This document shows, piece after piece, positions 25,091 to 31,170 of a DNA stretch of 31,170 bases (position 1 is the first letter of the stretch; the number at the start of each line of letters is the position of its first letter). Where the stretch lies: positions 1 to 31,170 of IMG/VR virus record IMGVR_UViG_3300030372_000087; one strand, given 5' to 3'. Under the pieces are notes generated by a model. It was not told the origin of the DNA. It worked only from the letters and a program-made list of their open reading frames with translations, and did no database searches. This DNA is from a virus. Taxonomy: Duplodnaviria > Caudoviricetes. The position numbers and the translations under genes were made by a program.

Positions 25091-27561
25091 TGGAGCCTAA
25101 ATACCCTTTCCGTCCATTTATTGGTCCAGGAGTTACTACTATTACAGGAGATCGTAATAATCCTTTTGGTGGTGTAGTTACAGATCAAAATACAAACATG
25201 GTGATGGCTAATGAATCACCTGAACAAACTGTTATGAGGCTGGCTCGTAGTGGTTTAGCTATAGATCAAATATCACAATTAACAGGTATACCACAGGATC
25301 AAGTGGCTATGACGTTACAACCACAGAGACCTGCCATACAGCAACCCCCAGAGGGCATAGGTATAGATTCTTTATTAGATAATGAAAGTAGAGAATTAAG
25401 CGACTATGTAGCAGAGGGTGGTAATATATCAGATTTAGTACAAACTAACATAGATCCTAATTTACCTCCTACAAGTCTTTTGACGGAGGGAGCCATAATA
25501 TCTGGTTTAGAAGATTTAAATTTAGACCTAAGTGAAGAAGAAGCAGAAGCATTAGATGCTGAAAATGATCCTACTAAAAAAGTGGTGATGGCTTCTGCAG
25601 CAGGTGCTGGCTCAAGAGGAGCAGATGACAGTGAAGCGTTACAAACCTTCAACGCTATGACTGAGATAAATGACACACTAGACCCAAAAGAAAGACTACA
25701 GGTTTATAAAGACGCAGCAGCACAATTTTATAATGTAGATGACATTAAAAAACTTATAACTAAACCAGATGAAGGCTTACCTTTTTTAGTTGCAGGTGCA
25801 GCACTTATACAAGCTGGTGAGAAAGGTGAAAGCTGGGGAACAGCATTATCATCAGCACTATCTAAATATGCTATAACAAAAAGAAAAGGGGAAAGAGATT
25901 TTGAAAAAACTCTTACAGGTTTAGATATACAGCAACAACAAAATATAAATCAGTTTGCTATGCAACTGTATTTAGCTGATGTCAAAGAACAAAAAGCTTT
26001 AGAAAGAGCTTTGAAGACTGCTAATAGAAGTCCATATAAATTAAATGATCAAGCTAACCCTGTGTATTATACAGACGAAGAAGCAAATACTGTATCTAGA
26101 AGAGGAAACAGAGTTGAGCCTTGGACAGCAGCAGACGGAAATACAGAAGAGTACACTTTATTTGTTGATGAAAATAAAGACGGTCAGCCAGATAATAACG
26201 CACCAGCTAGAACTGAAATACTTACCTCAGCAGGTGCTGTAAATAAACAAGCAGAAGGTTTTATCGTTAGAAAGGGTAATTTAACAAAAGGTAAAAAGCT
26301 GTACATGGTCAACGGTAAATCAATGATGATGTCAGAAGTTGAATTAGAAAACTTTTTAAATGAAAATCCAGGAATCTTAGCTGCACCTGTAGGAACAGCA
26401 AGCATAAAATCCGCTATAGAAAAAGCTACAGGTTTACCTACTTTTGTTTCTACACAAGAACTAATGTCGCCTAGAGGTAGAGAGCTATACGCTCCTGTGG
26501 GTGAAGAAAACATGGTGGTTCTTGGAACTAATGGTGAACCTATATTAGTAAAAGGAGATGGATCTGCTTTGACTGCAAGTTTAGCAGGTAAAGAAAGAAA
26601 ACGAGTGCAACAGTTTTTAATACAAAACGACACAACTAGAAACCAAGTAATTAAAACACGTCAAAGTATAGTAGATCTATTTAACGAAGCTGAAAAAAAT
26701 AATGCTCCACTAACATTCGGTACTGCTGGTGGTTTAACAACTATTGGTAAACGAGTTATTGACGAAGTTGATCAATTAAAAACTATATTTACAGATAAAG
26801 AACAAGGATACAACCTTTACACAGATGCTAATGGTAACGGTGTACTAGATCCAGGAGAAGGAATAGAAACTTTTGATAAGTACGCAAAACAATTTGATGA
26901 CCAAATAGCAAACAGTAATTTAGGTAAATTTTTACTTAACTCAGGTTTATCAAGAAAAAGAGTTAACAGTTTAGTATTAACACTAGCTTTACAAAGTGCT
27001 GCTACAGATAATCAAAAAAGCCGTGATATATCAGACAAAGATATGGAAAGATATCTACAAAGAGCTGGTGCTTTCGCTACTTCTGCAAAAGAGTTTTTAA
27101 CTTTAGTGGATGATTTAACATTATCTGTTATAAATAAACATGAGATAGCTTTGGATAATGAACTTAAATATGCTATGGGCACTACAAAGCCAGATGGAAC
27201 AAGAATCTCATTTATAGAAGAACAGTTCGGTGACGTAAGGGCAACAGATAATGCTTCTAAACCATTTAGAGACGCACCATACACTATAGAAGAACTAAAG
27301 GCACAACTCAAGACAAGTCCTAACGCATATAGAGATGCTAACTATATACCAGCTAACACAGATGCTCAATCAGTAACCGTGCTTCCTGGAGGTGGTGAAC
27401 GTTCTGGGTATGGTAATCAAACAATACACGACATATATGTAGAGTATTTAAGTAAAGGTGATCAAAACTCACAACTAGGGTATTTAACAACAATACGAGA
27501 AACTCTAGGAAGCGACTTTGATCCCATAAGAGATTACATACAAAAACAACTAAATCAATAA
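25090..27561 (+). CDS. Large putative internal virion protein (823 aa)
   Basis: TAATG-coupled within the ejection-protein cluster. Acidic N-terminus and two DxNxxG loops. No enzyme motif recognised. Confidence 0.55.
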   Translation: MEPKYPFRPFIGPGVTTITGDRNNPFGGVVTDQNTNMVMANESPEQTVMRLARSGLAIDQISQLTGIPQDQVAMTLQPQRPAIQQPPEGIGIDSLLDNESRELSDYVAEGGNISDLVQTNIDPNLPPTSLLTEGAIISGLEDLNLDLSEEEAEALDAENDPTKKVVMASAAGAGSRGADDSEALQTFNAMTEINDTLDPKERLQVYKDAAAQFYNVDDIKKLITKPDEGLPFLVAGAALIQAGEKGESWGTALSSALSKYAITKRKGERDFEKTLTGLDIQQQQNINQFAMQLYLADVKEQKALERALKTANRSPYKLNDQANPVYYTDEEANTVSRRGNRVEPWTAADGNTEEYTLFVDENKDGQPDNNAPARTEILTSAGAVNKQAEGFIVRKGNLTKGKKLYMVNGKSMMMSEVELENFLNENPGILAAPVGTASIKSAIEKATGLPTFVSTQELMSPRGRELYAPVGEENMVVLGTNGEPILVKGDGSALTASLAGKERKRVQQFLIQNDTTRNQVIKTRQSIVDLFNEAEKNNAPLTFGTAGGLTTIGKRVIDEVDQLKTIFTDKEQGYNLYTDANGNGVLDPGEGIETFDKYAKQFDDQIANSNLGKFLLNSGLSRKRVNSLVLTLALQSAATDNQKSRDISDKDMERYLQRAGAFATSAKEFLTLVDDLTLSVINKHEIALDNELKYAMGTTKPDGTRISFIEEQFGDVRATDNASKPFRDAPYTIEELKAQLKTSPNAYRDANYIPANTDAQSVTVLPGGGERSGYGNQTIHDIYVEYLSKGDQNSQLGYLTTIRETLGSDFDPIRDYIQKQLNQ

Positions 27562-30524
27562 TGGCACAGAATGACGTAATAGATTTAGATAAAATGCTTG
27601 ATGAGTATGAAGCTGGTCTACTCGTAAATCCAGGAGTAGCACAAACACAAGCAGCATTACAACTAGATCAACAAAAACTAGCTGAGTTTGGTTATCAAGC
27701 ACCAGAGCCTACTAAAAGCATGAGTCAGTTTGCACCTGTGGTAGATTATATGAAAAATAAAAAAGCCATGGATGACGCTATTAAAAAAGGCATACTAGCT
27801 GATGATCCATACTTTGTAGAAACATACCTCTCTAGAGCAGAACCACAAACAAGGGCTGAGTACACAGGGGTAGATTTTACAGGAGGTGCGCAAGGTGACA
27901 CTATCCGACAAATAGAACTGCTACCACCAGATATAAGAGTAGATCCTAATTATGTAACAAGAGTTTTACAGAAAAACTACGCAGAAGATTATAATATACC
28001 TAGAACTTACGACTATGACGTAAGGATAGAACCTAACACAAGAGAGTTAATTTTTAACGACCCTCTAAATAATAACCAGCCCACTGTAATTAACCCTCCA
28101 GGACTCAATAAAGGCGATTTTTTAGCCTTTGTAGAGCCTCTCGCTGCAGAAATAACCGCAGGTATAGGTGGCGGGATAGCTGGTGGGGCAATGACAGGTG
28201 GAAGTCCATTAGGTATAGGTGCTGGTGCAGTAGCTGGTGAAACTGTAGCAACTTTTGTATGGAGATTAAATAATTTAAATTATCTAAAAGAGCAAGGCTA
28301 TTTACCAGAAGATTACGACATGACAGGGCAGGCTATGAAAGAAGCTAATATGACAGCATTATTCGGCATAGGTGCTATACCTGTATTTAAATTAGTAAAA
28401 CTTGCTATGGGTGTCGCTAAAGTGCCAGATACATTATTAAAAGAAGAAGAATTTTTAAAATCATTTGAAACACTTAAACAAGCAGGCGAAGACACTGCTG
28501 CTATGACTGCACCTCAAGTAGTGATAAGAGCTGCAGATGAAGGTGTAGAGGTGACTTCTCCAGCAGAAGGTTTAGAAGCTGGATTAAGAAACATAGCAGA
28601 GACAGAAGATCCGCAAGCTCAAGCATTAAGAGATATCTATACAGCACAAGAACAAGCAGGAAGAGATTTAGTTCCACAACCTTTTGAAGCACAGGGTATA
28701 ACACGTGATTTAGTAGAAGAAGAAGCTGGTGCTGCAACTAGAGCTGCAAGAGGTGAACAAATAAGAGAAATAGCACAAGAAACTATAGAGACTAGCCCTA
28801 AATTGGTTCAAGCAGAAAGAGACATAATAGAATTAGGTGTAGAATCTGATAATATATTTAGAGGCATAGCTGATGGTTCACTAGACCCAGCTACAGCTGG
28901 TGCACAGATAAGGAGCACATTTTCTGCTGCAGAAGATTCAGCTATAAAATCAGTTGATGAAGCATACGAAAATGCTAAACAACTAGCTAACTTCAAACCT
29001 AATGAAAAAGCTTATGATTATAGCACACTTAAAAAACCTGCACAGAGGTTTAAAAATATATTAGACGCACAAGCCTTTGCTAATCCACAAGATAAAAAGA
29101 TAGTGAACGGTATACTTGAGAGTATAGAAAAAGGCACTAAAAAATCAGATACAGTATTTACGCAAGACTTATCTAACTTGAGAAGTATTATCAGGCAGAA
29201 CGTAGCTATGGGTAACAACGTAGACGAGCTGGTAAATTTTAGAAAAGTTTTAGAAAGTATACGAGCTAAAACATTAAAAGATCGTGGTAGTCCAGAAGCC
29301 TATAAAGGGTTTATAGAAGCTGAGAATCTGTATAGACAAAAGATGGAAACTTTTAATAATGATCAAATAAAAAGACTACTTAATTTACAATCAGTCAGTA
29401 ATGATCTATATAGACAAGGTGATAAAACTGCATATAATGGCTTTGTTACTTTTTTAAGAAATAATATTACTCCACAAGGTGACGGAACTCTTACATCTCC
29501 TGGATTTATAGACGATATATTATTTGACCCCGAAAACACAGCAGGATTACTGGGTTTAAAGGGTGGCATACGCAACGCATACATGGATGAGGTAGTAGAA
29601 ACTGTGGGTGGTGTTATGAGACCTAAAACACCTAGAGCTCATGAAACATTCATGGCTAAAAATGACAACATTATCAAAAAGTTTTTTAATGAAGACGAGA
29701 TACAAGAATTTACTAACGCTGAACAATTTATAAATACATTTAAACAAAGAGATTTAGAACTAAAAAGAGCAAAAGAACTCATAGAAAAAAATACAAATTT
29801 AGCAGATGTGGCTAGGAATTATAAATCACCTGAAGATTTATTTAAAAATACATGGAGTCCTGGAAAAATAACTGCCACTAAAGAAGTATTTGACGCTCTT
29901 AATAATAGTGGTAGTAAAGATTTATTAAACGCTTATAAATCATACATATTTAAAGATATACAAGAAAAAACACAAAAAAGAGGAACGCTTAATCAAAAAG
30001 TTTATGATGGTACTCAACTACAAGATTACATAAACAATAATAAAGATAATTTAGAAGTGTGGTTCGGTGATAAATTTACTGAACAATTAGGTGATATCGC
30101 TAAAAGACTCAGAGCTTTTGATGATCCTAGAGTATCAGCTGTAAAAAAGGCTGACGATCCTACTCTTGACGCACTTAACTCTTTAGCTCGTGCTTATGTA
30201 GGGTTATTCACTACTCCAGGACGTGTGATGACTGCTGCTAAGCGTATACTCACAGGAAGAAAAGATTTTAAAACTATTGAATTATTATCTAACCCTGATA
30301 AGATGTATGAAGCAATTACAAGTGATAAAGTATTCAAAAGTCCTGCGGTAAAAAGTTTAGTGAGAGCACTCGGTAGGATATACTATAGAGAAAGTGTAGA
30401 GGAAGAAGAACCGACTACTGATGTCACTCCAGAAGACACTGTAAGATTTGGTCCAGGATTCCAAAGACCAGCAGGTATGAACACAGGTGGTAGAGTAAAA
30501 TTAAAATACGGTTACGGAGAATAA
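27561..30524 (+). CDS. Large putative internal virion/ejection protein (987 aa)
   Basis: TAATG-coupled. Gly-rich hydrophobic segment (AGIGGGIAGGAMTGGSPLGIGAGAVAG) followed by a long helical region. Confidence 0.55.
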   Translation: MAQNDVIDLDKMLDEYEAGLLVNPGVAQTQAALQLDQQKLAEFGYQAPEPTKSMSQFAPVVDYMKNKKAMDDAIKKGILADDPYFVETYLSRAEPQTRAEYTGVDFTGGAQGDTIRQIELLPPDIRVDPNYVTRVLQKNYAEDYNIPRTYDYDVRIEPNTRELIFNDPLNNNQPTVINPPGLNKGDFLAFVEPLAAEITAGIGGGIAGGAMTGGSPLGIGAGAVAGETVATFVWRLNNLNYLKEQGYLPEDYDMTGQAMKEANMTALFGIGAIPVFKLVKLAMGVAKVPDTLLKEEEFLKSFETLKQAGEDTAAMTAPQVVIRAADEGVEVTSPAEGLEAGLRNIAETEDPQAQALRDIYTAQEQAGRDLVPQPFEAQGITRDLVEEEAGAATRAARGEQIREIAQETIETSPKLVQAERDIIELGVESDNIFRGIADGSLDPATAGAQIRSTFSAAEDSAIKSVDEAYENAKQLANFKPNEKAYDYSTLKKPAQRFKNILDAQAFANPQDKKIVNGILESIEKGTKKSDTVFTQDLSNLRSIIRQNVAMGNNVDELVNFRKVLESIRAKTLKDRGSPEAYKGFIEAENLYRQKMETFNNDQIKRLLNLQSVSNDLYRQGDKTAYNGFVTFLRNNITPQGDGTLTSPGFIDDILFDPENTAGLLGLKGGIRNAYMDEVVETVGGVMRPKTPRAHETFMAKNDNIIKKFFNEDEIQEFTNAEQFINTFKQRDLELKRAKELIEKNTNLADVARNYKSPEDLFKNTWSPGKITATKEVFDALNNSGSKDLLNAYKSYIFKDIQEKTQKRGTLNQKVYDGTQLQDYINNNKDNLEVWFGDKFTEQLGDIAKRLRAFDDPRVSAVKKADDPTLDALNSLARAYVGLFTTPGRVMTAAKRILTGRKDFKTIELLSNPDKMYEAITSDKVFKSPAVKSLVRALGRIYYRESVEEEEPTTDVTPEDTVRFGPGFQRPAGMNTGGRVKLKYGYGE

Positions 30525-30525
30525 A

Positions 30526-31170
30526 ATGGGGTTTTTTAAAAATTTAAAGAAAGGCATACAAGATCAGATAGATATGCAAGATCAAAGTGTGAGTATAGAA
30601 AGACTGCCTACAGAATCAAAAGGTTTGAGATCTTTATTAGGCGGTACAACAAGACGTAAAAGAGAAAAAAATCCTAATCTAGAAGCTTTCTATAATTCAC
30701 CAATGTACAAAAAGTTTCAAGACGAAGGCGGTATAGGAACAATGGACATGTATAGAGCCAGCGATGGTTCAATATTTAGTTCTGGCACTGTTGGCAGAAT
30801 GTATGAAGCATTCTTAGATTCTTTGTCGGAATCTAAACCTGCCCCCACAGGTATAGAAGCTCTTATAAGACCACCCAGAACAGATCCTGGAAATCAAGAA
30901 GATATGAGAAAACTTATGGGGATGCAACGACAAACATTCAGAAGTTTTCTAGCACCTCCCGCTCCTCCACCACCTAAAGCTTTTCCTGTTACTGGTGCTG
31001 ACTTAGGACTACCTACTGGTCCAGGAACACCTGCTCCTCCAGGTGTGGTATTTGAACCACCAACAACTACTTCTCCAGGTGTGGTGTTTGAACCAGAGAT
31101 AGGTAATATAGACATACAAGAAATATTAGATAACTTACCTACAGGAGTAACTATGGGTAGTGGTATAGCT
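30526..31170 (+). CDS. Pro-rich hypothetical protein, 3'-truncated (>=215 aa), not in ORF track
   Basis: GGAG RBS and ATG at 30526. Open frame to the window end: MGFFKNLKKGIQ...APPAPPPPKAFP...PGVVFEP twice. Confidence 0.75.
   Translation, partial: MGFFKNLKKGIQDQIDMQDQSVSIERLPTESKGLRSLLGGTTRRKREKNPNLEAFYNSPMYKKFQDEGGIGTMDMYRASDGSIFSSGTVGRMYEAFLDSLSESKPAPTGIEALIRPPRTDPGNQEDMRKLMGMQRQTFRSFLAPPAPPPPKAFPVTGADLGLPTGPGTPAPPGVVFEPPTTTSPGVVFEPEIGNIDIQEILDNLPTGVTMGSGIA

Noticed and set aside
25404-31115. Short minus-strand ORFs opposite the large internal virion genes (e.g. 26184-26633, 27012-27311, 30894-31115) and nested plus-strand ORF 26045-26242
   Set aside because: They are shadow or nested ORFs without recognisable domains in a uniformly plus-strand operon.
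1-31170. tRNA/rRNA genes, integrase, transposase, introns or inteins
   Set aside because: Intergenic gaps are all small (about 110 nt or less), no cloverleaf or mobile-element motifs were seen, and the core genes look uninterrupted.

Overview
AT-rich window (GC visually mid/upper 30s %, not computed), almost fully coding on the + strand, from the late/structural region of a tailed dsDNA phage. It is most likely a marine podovirus-type phage, since no sheath, tail tube or tape measure gene is visible and large ejection-type proteins lie at the end. Gene order: terminase large subunit (5'-truncated), portal, GroES co-chaperonin, scaffold, head proteins, Mu gpT-like major capsid, terminator plus a candidate pseudoknotted RNA element, minor structural genes, a cluster of tiny very basic proteins, head-tail adaptors, tail fibre with S74 chaperone, then a curli/type VIII secretion-like module (membrane protein, CsgF, CsgG, secreted curlin-like beta-solenoid, secreted FecR-domain protein), holin, GH24 lysozyme, tail nozzle-like protein and Gly-rich/large internal virion proteins (last ORF 3'-truncated). 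The most interesting element is the CsgF-CsgG-curlin-like-FecR module directly upstream of the lysis genes. All protein calls come from motif recognition by eye; no database search was run.
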